Shown in pieces: positions 1 through 12,964 of a stretch of 64,000 bases of DNA. Source of the stretch: Phoronis australis (taxonomy: Eukaryota > Animalia > Phoronida); the NCBI GenBank assembly GCA_002633005.1, contig NMRA01000062.1, positions 481,981 to 545,980 of the forward strand, in the 5' to 3' direction. The notes below the pieces were generated by a model that saw nothing but the letters and a program-made list of their open reading frames with translations, did no database searches and was not told the origin of the DNA. Each line of letters opens with the position of its first letter. The stretch's first letter is position 1. The position numbers were made by a program, and so were the translations under genes.

Positions 1-250
1 ACCATGCCATGGGGTGGACAACTTCAATTTTCTCGTGTGGCTACACATAGTTTCAAGCATTTGATGTTTCGAGTCTCCGCATTTTAAGATACACATTTTA
101 ACAATATTTATCAAGACGTGAAGCTGTAGGCTACCTCTTTAGCCAATCGCAAGCTCAGAAATCGAAAAGGTTCACAATGTCACATACAAACTCAGTCTCA
201 CGTTATTACGAGCAAAGTTCTGAGGACACCTTGAAATTGGTTTCCCCAAA

Positions 251-496
251 TTACACACGTTGCTCTCCCGTTGTAAGTCTTTCTCCGGTTATCGTGTCAA
301 CTTTGTTTCTGCTTTCCACCACATCAGTTATTTTTCTTCGTGAATTCTTTTGTTTTAAGAGACAAACAGCAACCGGCACCGTCACCCCCACGATGGCTGC
401 ACACCCGAGCACCGAACCTCCGATAATGGCGGCCGTAATGATGAAGTCACGCGTCGCAGTGTGTAAATCACCCGCAGAATTTTTCCTTGTGGTTTT
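251..496 (-). CDS. VWA7-like terminal exon (TM helix FIITAAIIGGSVLGCAAIVGVTVPVAVCLL, basic stop-transfer KQKNSRRK, tail ending GEQRV*)
   Basis: tttttacag acceptor, 82 codons to TAA at 253-251. Confidence 0.8.
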   Translation of the reverse strand, partial: KTTRKNSAGDLHTATRDFIITAAIIGGSVLGCAAIVGVTVPVAVCLLKQKNSRRKITDVVESRNKVDTITGERLTTGEQRV

Positions 497-3400
497 CTGT
501 AAAAATACAAAATAAATGAGAAAAGGAAATTAAAGTTCAAGTGTCATAACATAAGATAACTAGAGAGAACAGTTCAGCGGCTCTTGAAATGATAACAAGT
601 CCGACTTTCTCCAATCCAATTCTCAGAAGCAACATAATTTTCTATAACCCTCGACAACCCTCAAAAGTTTAGAGCAAAATTTAAAACTCCTTATAGAGTG
701 TTTCGTCATTAGTAAGCGGAAGTGCGACATGTTGGAGGACAAGCAATGGCGGTGGTCAGTCGAGTTATCGTGGGTTGTTTAGCTGGTGGTGATCGCCTTA
801 CGTACGACAACTATTGACATTTATCGGAGGCATAGACCCCCATAAAATTCCGACATCGGAAAGAAAAAATCGTGACGGGGTAACTTAGAGACAGGGGAAC
901 AAACGAACGGGGGAACATATTGTTTCTGCATCGGTGATATTGCAGTGTTGAGCGTTCAAGTTTTAAAATGTTTAAAGCACATGATAAGTTTATTTGTGAA
1001 ATAAAACTCACATTAATAGATACAGAAAGACGCGGTTTCCTAATTTCAAAAGTTTGCACGCAATTCAACTACATGTTCATATTTGTACCTCATGGGACGA
1101 CGTTTGCTTTCGACCTTGAGTTCAAAATAGACGCCACGCAAAATGGACAATGGATAGGCCCAATGAAGGGTGGTAAAGGTTACATGAAAATAAGGTCAAA
1201 TTTCTGGAATCCCGGCAAAGAATTTTTATTTGTTCGTCAAGTGTTATTTGTAACATTTTAACTAAAATCGGAAAAATTTACATCAAAACCGAAAATAAAA
1301 ACTCATTGTCCGGTTTTGAGACCTCAACTACTCCCCATAAATAATGAACCAACCGATAAACAAATGTAACCAAAGAGTTGTGAGCGTAAAAGAAGTTTGA
1401 AGCTTTTGAAGTGTGTGGATTTTCCAACTGCATGGGCAATTCACAGTGAAATGATTAGAATATTCCTTATAGTTTTAGCACAAAAACCTGAAAAATGCAC
1501 ATCGTTGCTTTTATCGAAATGTATCATAGCTAATCTTCACAAATTACGAAGTAGCCGGTTGAACTTGTCTTTCAATTTACCAAATGTCGCCATGTTGTCG
1601 GTTCCAGAATTATGAGCTCTTGATCACTCAATACTATGTACTGTAACATCTACGTGACTACATTCTAGTGAAAAATGTTGAATCGTACAGAATAGTAGGT
1701 AAATATGTGTCTCACTAAATTTCTTTGTAAACTATTGGTGAAAATAACTTGCAAACAATTTTAAACTCGTAACTTATGTGGCTGTCGTCCAAGCTGGCCG
1801 ACTCGATACAGTGAAACAATTAGCCCAAATGTCTCCACAAAAGTTGCAATAACTTTGTACTGCTTAACTCGATTTTGATATTTTAAATTTTTGTTGTATG
1901 GGATGCATTATCATTCCGATGATATTGAAAATTTTCTTCCAAACGATAAAAGGCGGTTTGACCGCCCTATTCAGAGACATCTCTTCGTCTTTTCCTCACG
2001 ATGGCCAATAATTATTGGAAGACGATAGAATGACGTAACATCTCTACTCGAGCAGCCAACAACTGAACAAAAATTCGCCATGATTATACTGAGTAAATTC
2101 TGCCGAGAATTCAATTAAAAAATGTGTCTCCTTCACGACACCACCGTCCTCCAACATGGCGGATGACCTAACTGATGACGTCATAAACATCCTACAGTCT
2201 GCTAAACGAGTAAGGGTTACAGAACCGTAGAGAAAATTCACCCAGCAAGAACTATAATAACCTATTCATAACACAGAGAGTACGAGTTTCCCATTTGAAT
2301 CCTGCTTCTGTCACCCAAATGGGACGCCAGGTGACAGGACGAGAATTGGTTCAAATCACCACAACAGGGCTTAGTATCAATCGTGGGGGATTCATTCGTT
2401 GATGTTTAGGCTTTTCGTTTAGGGGACGATAATGGAGGCTGTGATCAGCACAACAGAAATGTGGCGGTACGTGTTTACAAGTCTTGCACGTGCTCTCTCA
2501 GGGTAACCCACATTTGCGTACCATTAGGGAAGGTTGCGTTTGTGTTAATTAGTGTTTACCGCAAATATGCAAACTGAAAATGATCACGTCAACAATAACA
2601 AAACGTACGATCGTTGGAGGAGTTTCTACGAAAATTGCCTAGCACGAACGTTTCAATGTTCAAATTAGCACAATCCATCAAAACAAGAACTCAAACATTT
2701 TCAAAGGTTCACGGTGAATTATATGTCGAGAACTCTGCAAACAATAGTTATGTTTTCGTCATTTTATTGACCTCTTTATTCGGTGTTGACAGTTCACGGC
2801 CAATTGTTGTTGACGATCGTCTTGATAACGTCATTGTTGTTGTTTCTATTTCTGATGTCGTCGCAATCACTGTTCTTGGCGGTGCGGTTGTTGACGCTGG
2901 GGCGATTGTTGATGGTGGAACAGGAAACTCGGTTTGACACTGTCCAAGGTTGCCCGCCATGTCAGCAACGTTGACTTTAACAAAGGGCTCACAGCAAGTC
3001 GAACTGGATCATTTCGTTGATATAAAACAGTGAACAACAAAATATAAAATAATAGAAGATGCACGTTTACCAAGAAACAAAACAAAAGAAATAACAGCAA
3101 GGGTGCAAGATTCCTGGAAGAAAATTTGTTTTATTTTAGGTGATGAAATGCTGACGGTAGCACAATAAATTAAATAAAAGAAAAACGATATTTAAAACGG
3201 TTGAGCTGTGTAACTACAATCTCTCTACTCTGCGCGTCACACTGTTTCAATATAAATTGCCAAGCAAGGGTAGAGAAGCTACTGGCTATAAACACATGAC
3301 AAACACATTAGACTCAGGGCAGACGGAGAGCTACACTTCTCAAATGCAAGTGAGATCCCATCTACGCCAAAATGAAACGTGAGCATTTTGAGTCGCGTGA

Positions 3401-6400
3401 CAGAGGAGCGAATGTTGTGCATGTTTGTTTTATTTTCGCGTCTTAAAATCACCACAGTTTGCTAGCAAGGTGAGTTTTGGCGTATTACCTCCAGTATTCA
3501 GTTGAAATTTTTTCTGGCATCAACTGACAACAACTATTCTCTCTTGCACGCTCATTTTAGCCTTGTGCGTGTGCTGCATATACACTAATTATTTACCACA
3601 AACTCAGTTTACAGGCCAGTGAGCAGTTTTACTCGTAACACGCGTCGTGCTACACTGTACGCGCTAAGCTATTGTCCATATTAGGCAGCCAACTAAGCTT
3701 GTAGATCTGCGTCTGCACCTGCCCTTTACATAAGTTTTTCAAATGCCGTGATGTCCTAACACTTACTGACAATTAATGTCCGTAAACGTTCGTCTGGTCA
3801 CTTACAGAAATTCTGAGCAAATTTCTTTTTGGTGCTCTTGGTAGCGATCAGGTACCCAATTGCAATGGGATGCGTTTCATTACAAGTGTATAACAGCATT
3901 TCACCTGCACTCACCTACCTTACAAACGCTGCCACTGTCACACCTTTTGAACCAATACCTCTTGTGAAATTACCATGTGTAAAGTTCCCATTTCTCGAGA
4001 CGGTTGATGTAACTGTGTTGAGACCAAAACCATCGTCTCGAACTTGCATCTCCATTGACCACACGAAATTTTGACAACAACACGAGTCCTGCTGTTCAAC
4101 TGAGCACGGGTTTTTTACCTTCGTCACGTTACATGTTGGGGGGACAGTGTCAACTTTCTACAATGCAAAATATACATTTGCACAGACAATACTGCTAAAC
4201 CACGTATAACCAAAATTGGATATTAAAATAGAATAGTGCTTAGTTACATAAAGACAAACCCATTGAGGCACTTTTCTGTTTTACATAATACCAAACACTC
4301 AATGATGTGTGTTACTTTTACCGTCGTTCATCTCGCTCAACTTAACACCAATAAACAAGATGGTAACTCAACAAAGCAGAATGTTGCATAAAAGCAAACA
4401 TCCCACACCCGCTGGTTCCCTGCGTGCAGAGATCACGCGCAGGTATGATTCAGTAGCACGCGCTTTATCACTGGTTGATGTAACCTCGGCAATCATTGGT
4501 TAGCTTTACAAAAAAGTGAGAAAATGGCGGACTATGAACGATTTTTAGCCTTGTCATTCAAATGGCGTAGCAGCAACTATTACGTTTCTGCTGTAATGTT
4601 TAATAGCCGCGTGCTTGAGGCACATACATGTACAATATTCACACATCTGGCCGATTTAACTGGTGTGTTATTCATACTGTATGAATACAGGAGATGCACT
4701 CCGAAAAGGCCCTACCACAATTTTCTGGAATTCACATTTCTTGAACATGAATTTTAAACACCGTTTGGTCTGTACAACAGACCAAATTTACACTTCCTCC
4801 ATCAGTCCTGCCAGTTTGTTTGCGTAAAGCGCTACCTGTTGAGAATTCGACCACCCAATCAGAAACGCTGGTGTAAAAAAAATTCCCGAGGAAAATTAAA
4901 TGATACCTGCGTGCTGGCTACCACCTAGCGGCACGCAGGGAACCAGGGAGACATCCAACATAGATCTCTTTTATGTGCTGAAACCACAGATGAGACTTCT
5001 GTTCGCTTAACCTAATCTCACATTCAGCTGCGCAAGACGGGCCAAGTTGAAAAGGGTGGAAGGCAGTAACCAAGGATATTTTAAGACGTTAACGTTTTGC
5101 ACGAGTCGTTTGAACATCTGTCTGCGCCATTTTGATCGCAAAGAATTCCACGGCTCTAAATCTTCGTTGACTTCACACGAAAATTGTAGAGTGTGCAACA
5201 AGACTCGCCATCTAGTGGCATAGCTTATAACAATGTTACGCCTTAATCATGGCGAATGGTTGTTAGTGTTAGAACAAACACTCCACCTTATACAGCAGAT
5301 AACGTCTTAGTGTGTTTTAACATTATCATTTTTATTTGAGATGTACTCTCGTCCAATACTCACTCTCACAATCTTCTGGTTAACCGTTAGGCGCCGAATC
5401 TGATACTGTGAACCTTTTCCTCCGCCAGCCTCTTTCGCTGTTACTGTGATGGTACTGAAACGCAAGTACAGCAATTTCAGTGCCGAACCATTCTGCATCT
5501 TGATGGCAATGTGGGGACTTAAACGCCTTCACAAACAACCACAATGTCTTACTCAAACCTATCAAAAATTTTTAAGCCCCATTGTACAGAATTTAGTTGA
5601 CTCACAGTTAACGTGTTTTCAACTGTTTCAAATTAATGGCGATCCCAGTGTGTGAAAGGAAGTGACAATTTGTTTCAGTGGTTGACAGGAGGCTCAACAG
5701 TTGACTTGTCATGGCGTCCATTTTTTGGACCGAGCGTGGTATCAAGCAAAAACGACGAACTGTGCGTTCTTTCCAATTCAAGAAACGACTTTATCCGTTG
5801 AAAGTTGAGACCAGTTTTATTTCACTAATGTCTGTTTTTTTAAGGAAAGTAACATTATGTGTAATAAATCAACAATTATCACTTTTGATTGGTGGTTAAT
5901 TACAATATTCTATTGGTCGAACAATTGAAAGAAATCCAGACGGGTTGTTGACGCTTATCGGTCTCATCTGCCTTGAACCGGACTACGCAACATTTGTTAC
6001 AACTGCCACAGGAGGCGTCGGAGTGCAACATGATTGTTAAAGTTATTCATGTTACACATGGATTTGTTACAAGAGATAAAGGACGTGCTACGTGCGTTTT
6101 ACTTCTTGTGTTCCCGGCCGCAAACGTGTTACAATATGCCACGGAAAGTACCCCAAAGGTCGCATTTGCTACACAATGACTGGCGATGATTACGAAGTTT
6201 ATCTATTTGGCTAGGGTATGGAGAAACAACTGAATCACCCGCTCGGACCATTGATCCTCAGGTGAACAAACACTTTGCATACAAACCGCAAAATCAATCA
6301 TCGAAATAAAATTCAGGTGTGCGTTTCGATCATCAAATTACATGTTTAAACCCCGTGAAAATATTCAATTCTCAGCGAGGTTCCTGGCCTGGCAAGCTCT

Positions 6401-9400
6401 TTGCTCTTGCGTAAGGTGTTGTGGTTCGTACGTGCTATTCAATGGTTTATTAATAAGATCATATTTTAATGATTTTGGCATGTAGTCGAACTTGGTGACA
6501 TGCCTTCTTTGAAGCCCACGTGTTGTCCTATTTTTAAGTGGAACTTGCAGGCTAATTCCTTATCTCTGTGATTGCTTGAGCAAATTAGTTAGAAACACAA
6601 CATATAGCGACGATGGGAATATGAAGTAGGTTAAAAATTGCTATATGTTTTTAAGAACTTGTTTCGTGGCGAAAATGTTCCGCCGCAGATCACCGAACCG
6701 TGTCCAGTAAGTGTCGTGACTTGGTGCTGGGAAATAACACTGCATGATGCAGGTTTATGTGAGCCCGCAAGGTACGTCATTAGGGCAAAGGTCACCTATT
6801 TGCAGATTTTTTTTGTTTTCACATTTACATGTTGTCAGTGAACCCACCTGCACTTTGTTTGGCGTAGATTATGGTAAAATAGCATCGTCGTTTAGTTCCT
6901 GCTATACATTAGCGTATTTAGTAACATGCAAATAAATCTTTAAGATTATGTGTGACTTTATAGACTAGCCTTGACTGTATTTAGCCAAATGTCTACAAAA
7001 CTATAGACTTTAATTCAGTAAAGGTATATATTTTCGGAAAGCTGAAAGCCTGTAGCATGTGATGATTGAGTTGATACCAATTTACTAGTAAATGAGTGAC
7101 GTTTATGACCGTGTCATTTCCGCATAACAACAAAAACGAAAAGGTTCATCCCTGGCAAAATAACGGTATCGATAACATACCAAAATGCGCTTGATACAAT
7201 TATTAAAGACGAAATCTCAAAAACCCTGCTAAAGTTTACTATTGTTGATAGCACACCATGCCAAGTGTTACATCTCTATGCATTTCCTAATCAGTGATAC
7301 AAAGAAATAGTTTCGCATGAATCCCGTCAGGTATTTGTGAGATATGATGTTCCGATATTCGCCTAATTTGGACATTTTCAGTGTCCTATATAAAAGGGAT
7401 TCAATGAACGAATCTCTCGATGGCTTTTCATTTTGATTAGTTAATGAAAATTTACCAGGCAGCGTTCTGAGAAGTGCAGTATTCTAATCCCTGAGATGTT
7501 TTTGTTCTACAGGCATTCTTTTTTAGTTTAAATTGTAATGTACTCTATGGGCAAATTTGTACAGATTTCACGTGATATATGAAGACATAATGACGTTCTA
7601 CAAACTTGTAATGCTGCTCAAATTAGGTCAATCCAAACCTTGTTTCACCCTTCGTCGTCCCTGCTCTGATAGTAAAGGTGCCGTTTATCCTATCTCCACT
7701 TGATAGAGAAGGATATCTATGTACTACTGGTGCCTGTACAAATCCTTTGTCATCAGAGATGATGACACTGAAGTTTCCCACTCCTCCAAGATTCGTCAAA
7801 ATGTATGGAACGAGAACATACTCATTCACATATAGCTCTGAAAAAATACTTAAATTAGTTGGAAAATTGCGTTCGCTTTTAGAATACTCCTTGTAAAAAG
7901 ATCGTACATAAAACATTGTTAAACATTGTTACTGTATGTCTGACATCCTTGACAGGACGTGGACGTGGACGGAAAAAGAAATTTCATGTTTCAATAAGAA
8001 CCGATAGGGGGCACAGACCCTCACGTAGCGCAAGTCTTTACGGATGTATTTGAGATACGACATTACTTGTAAAACCATAGAATTGTAGAAGAGGAATGGC
8101 AACTTCCATTGAGCCTTGGTCGCGCCTCGCTGGTTTCCTACGTGCCTAGCCAGCCCGCAGGTATCACGCAGTAGTAGGCGCTTTATCACTGGTTGATGTA
8201 GCCTCGACAGTCATTGGTTAGCTTCACAACAACGTGAAAAAATAGCGGACTATAAACGATTATTAGCCTTGTCATACAGGTGGCGTAGCAGCAACTATTT
8301 CGTTTCTGCAGTAATGTGTAATAGCCGCGTTCTTGAAGCACGTACATGTACGATAAACACATATCTGGCCGATTTAACCGGTGTGTTATTCATACTTTAT
8401 GAATACAGGACGGTATCGCAAACAAAAGTAATCGACAGCAGAAAGATGCACTCCGAAAAGGCGCAAGCACAATTTCTGGGATTCACATTTCCTGAACATA
8501 AATTGTAAGCACCGATTTGTCTGTACAACAGATCACACTTACACTTGCACCAGCAGTCATGCCAGTTTGTTTGCTTAAAGCACTGCCTGTTGAGAATTCG
8601 ACCAGCCAATCAGAAACGCCGTTGTAAAAAATACCCGAGGAAAATTAAGTGATAGCTGCGTGCTGGCTACCACCTAGCGGCACACAGGGAACCAGCGAGT
8701 GGTAGCGCAAGCATGGGATTTGTTCACATTCGTTTGTTGGTTCTTGCAATGGATTCTATGACTCAGGGTGGAATGTTTGTTTTGTATAAACAAAGTGAGT
8801 TTAATACTGATATCACCGGAAACTTCTGAACATATCTCATCTACGTTTTGGAATATTTTAACCCAAACATTGTCATACGGAGGATCATCTACTTGCGATT
8901 CCGCGATTTGGGAAGCTGGCCGTGGTTACTACCGCTGCCTACCTGGCAGGCGTAACGTGAAGCTATCAAGACATATCACAAAAATTTCGAAAATTTACAA
9001 TTTCCTTAAATTATATCCAGATGATCAAGAGCCACCTGAGCACCAGTACAGTACCAAGATCATGCGCTAAGGACAAATCATAAAAAATCTTTGTTAAAAC
9101 ACTAGATCACCGGAAAAATGTCACCTTCTTTACTTTCACCAAAACTTTTCGCAACTCCGCCGTTTTTCAACCGTCTCCAGAAATGCACACTCCATTACCT
9201 ATGCATACGTCAGATATCTATTGTTTCCGTTGATTGATAACAAAACCTAACATCAGTGAACAAACCATGATCATAAACAATAATATGCTGGGCGTTTTGA
9301 TTTGCCATATGGCTCAACCCACGTAAAACAAAATTTATGCTGGTAAATTAAGTTAAGACTGTGCTCACGACAAAATTTGAATCATTTGCGAATTATGCTT

Positions 9401-12400
9401 CAATTTTTCATTTTCGTTGCAAGTGCAGTCGTAACTTAATTTACTATGAGTCTACCACGGCGGATTAGCTTTTATCAGTATGAAATTTGTGCTATGAAAG
9501 CTTCATTAGAAAAATTAGTGAAGCTGACATCGTTAAGATTAATAGTGAAACTCTTAGCAGATTTAAAAATTTTCAAATCATGGATATCTTTAAAGGCAAT
9601 TATCTTTCCTGGAAGAAGCATGTTCAGGAAAGCGTTGTTAAAGTTTGTTTATCCATTCAACCATAAACAGATGTCTGCTTGTTTTTCCATGATTACAATT
9701 TTTCTCATTTCCAGCAATCACCAAGAGGCCTTCTTAGAATATGCAGTCAACAATCCGTCTAGAATTACCCACTTAAAGCTATGAAAAGTCATTAAGACCT
9801 GAATTTTACCACGTAATATAGCAAAAAAGGAATATACACTCAAGCATGTGCGCACGCGCGCACTTACACACACATAGACAGACAGACACAGATTATGCGG
9901 GTGTTATGTCTATGTAAAGAAAAAGATATTAAGTAATATCATCTGACAATGCAATGTTATAGGTTGTTACGCTTCTTGCACCATATCAACGAGGTTTTAA
10001 TCGTGCGTGTTCTTATAGGTTTTGAAATATTTTATGAGAGAGCGTGCACTCGTTGTACGCGGAGTTTATTCTGCACTGCATTGTCTTATATTTTATTGTG
10101 TTGTATTTTTCATGCTGCTATATAGTATTGTCTTAATTGTCATTGTCCATCTACGCATGCATTTTTGCGTTGTTTTTGCCACCTATATTGTGTTACGGAA
10201 TTAACGCTTTGCTGGACACTCAATCACGCTTTTCCTCTGTATAAAAATAACAATGTTTTTCTCTCTGATTTGATTGGTGAATTTCGTAGAATACGTGCGG
10301 CCACAAAATGGCACGGTATCTGACCACTCTGGTTCGTTCATGGTTTTCACAGCAATTCACATCTATCTCCTGATCAACTGTTGGCTGCGGACACAAACAC
10401 ACTGTTCAAGGCTAGCAGGTTACACAAACACACTGCAATCAACTTTGAAAAGCAACAAAAACAACTTCAAAACATCTCACCCGCTATAGGCAATACTTGT
10501 AATTTAAACGCTATCGCTTGCTCGTACGATGAAGATAATCGCTCGAAGACATTTCCGCTCTTATCCGTGCCGGTAATTCCAACTTGAAACTCCTGTGAAT
10601 ATAAGAAAATGGAATCGTCCTTGATCAATGATGTCAAAGGAATTTTCTTGTTAGAGTATTGTTATTTGACCAGATCGTTCCCTTTGATTTGAAACAAAGC
10701 AACTTTCATTTGAAAGTGCAAGTTGTACTACAATGAACTTTTAAAAGTTCAGAGACGTGCAATGCCTTTTTCCGGCCGAAAAAAACACCAAGACGTTTGA
10801 AAAACGATTACATCACCAATGAGGTATAAAAATTAAGATATCTCATAACGGGAAATTAAGTTAAGAAAACTTTGTCATTAGTCATAACAGAGTTAAATTT
10901 TTTTCGGCTGACAATCACTAAATTTCACCGCTATCGTGATTCTTTTGAGCCAGAGAAAGGAAATTTTTCAAAACGGGGTTAATTTTGGCGCATGCTAACA
11001 ACGTTAGAAAGTAGCGTGTGAGAATATTCAAGTATCACTGAATTGTAGCGGCTGATATAGGAGACTCGCACACTTAAAGACAAAGATACGCTTTCATTCA
11101 CACCCAATAACAAATGCTAAAGAAAAATACTATCTCCTTGGAGATCCTACATGTAAGCTTGTAAAAAACGCTAACAAACTCTTACGGTCTGTGAAGCCCG
11201 GGACGTAAATTCCATACGTCATTTTCAGAAAACCCCGAAAATATTGCCTGGTACACACATGTATTTGATTGTAGTGAATAAACGTATGGATGCATAACTA
11301 GTGTAGCTGCCTACTCCTTTAGTAAGAACTTGTGAGCATACTTCTCAATCACGTACCACAAACGGAGTCATTTGTTTAATTAAAGGGTTGGCAAGTATGT
11401 AATCATTTAGTACACATTTTCTTTGAAGCTGAAGGAAAGTTTAGAATGCAATGTTTTTTAACAAATACTTGTTTAAAATACACTCGTAACATTGTAAAGG
11501 CCAATGGAGTAACATTAAACCAAAGGAAAATTGTCAAGTCTAGATGTGTCTAGGGTGGGTTGCGTGGAGCAAGATTCGTGCGAGTTTGGCCTAAAAATGA
11601 TGTGTTTCTGGAGCTTGAATTTTGAGTCTTTACTAGGCGTAAACTAGCTAAATGCCGTCCTTGAAATAATTGGTTGCAAAAGTTGTAACTTTGAATCTTG
11701 GGAGCAAATTTACAGTTTGTATTTCCACTACAAGTCATCTCTAAAGTATTGCGTTACGTAACGAAGCCCGGATTTTATCATGAGAAAAACTACCTGTGTC
11801 GGCAGCCTAAGCTCTGCACGAAATAGATTGGCCGTTCTGCCACTCCCGCGGATTACAGTCGTGTTTGTGCTGGGTATAAGAAAGCCGTCTTTATCGTAAA
11901 GTGACAACGTTTCCACAGTATCTACGTGTTCCACACCGGTCACGTCCACGATCAGAGTTGAGTTGACTCCTAGGGGAATGACAAGGATGCAGTGAGAAAG
12001 TAAATTTTGGATAAAATTGCGCAATATAGCACAGTTGCTGCTTCGGGTGTCTGAAACACAAAAACGATGCAAAGTGGGAACGCTTAAGCGTTCCAGTTGA
12101 CGTCATCAACATAAATATAACAAGACTACGACTACAGCGTAAAGATTAACCTGAAAAGTACTCATTTTACAATGGTTACGATGCAGGCACGCTTATCCAT
12201 TTAATGCTCGGTAACAACTAATCTTTCTGGACTGTCTACATCTAGGAAGGTATTCTTAAAACGCGGGTTAAAGTAAGGGTTCCATATCCAAGAAGAGTTA
12301 ACGGCAGCGGTAAGAGTCATACATATATTGTTAAGCAAACTCACAGATACTGAGATTTTCTTCTTTCCCAAGTAACAAAAATTTGCCCTTCTCCAAACGA

Positions 12401-12898
12401 CCGCTGTCTCCAAAACGTCACAATGAGACAATAAAGTTCTGTTCATACTGTGTGCCGCCTGCTCCATTGTCCCTTCTCATTCAACAGCAAAATGGACTAT
12501 AATAAACTCGCTTTCTGTCACCAAGAACCAACTTTAATTTAAATCAATTACCATTATGAAATGGGCTCAAACTGCTCCTTAGTCAAATTGTGTGTGACTT
12601 CTGGGATTAGAAGGGACTGACATGAGTTGTTGCGTGAGACCATGCTCAACAGGACGAATACCCTCGCATTTTCTCGAAGCATTTTCTCGAGTAATTACAA
12701 ATTGCCGGATATTTGCAAGGCAGACCATAACTCACTTCTCATCTGAGTAAGAGTCCGGTTTGGAATACGTTTATAGTCGTAAGTGGTCTAAATCAAAATT
12801 AAGTTTATAATAAAAAATGATTGTTTTAAGTTTTAAGCAAACGAATGATTGTTTACAAGTTTCCGTAAGTGAATGTTTATACCCAACTTGCTTGTTGC

Positions 12899-12964
<66 letters not shown>

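Noticed and set aside
177-515. 112-aa plus-strand ORF, and similar ORFs at 2614-2937, 46339-46548 and 46717-46926
   Set aside because: Antisense shadows of real minus-strand exons
6638-6935. Candidate extra exon between exons 8 and 9
   Set aside because: Exons 8 and 9 already join in phase with a continuous domain; no family motifs here
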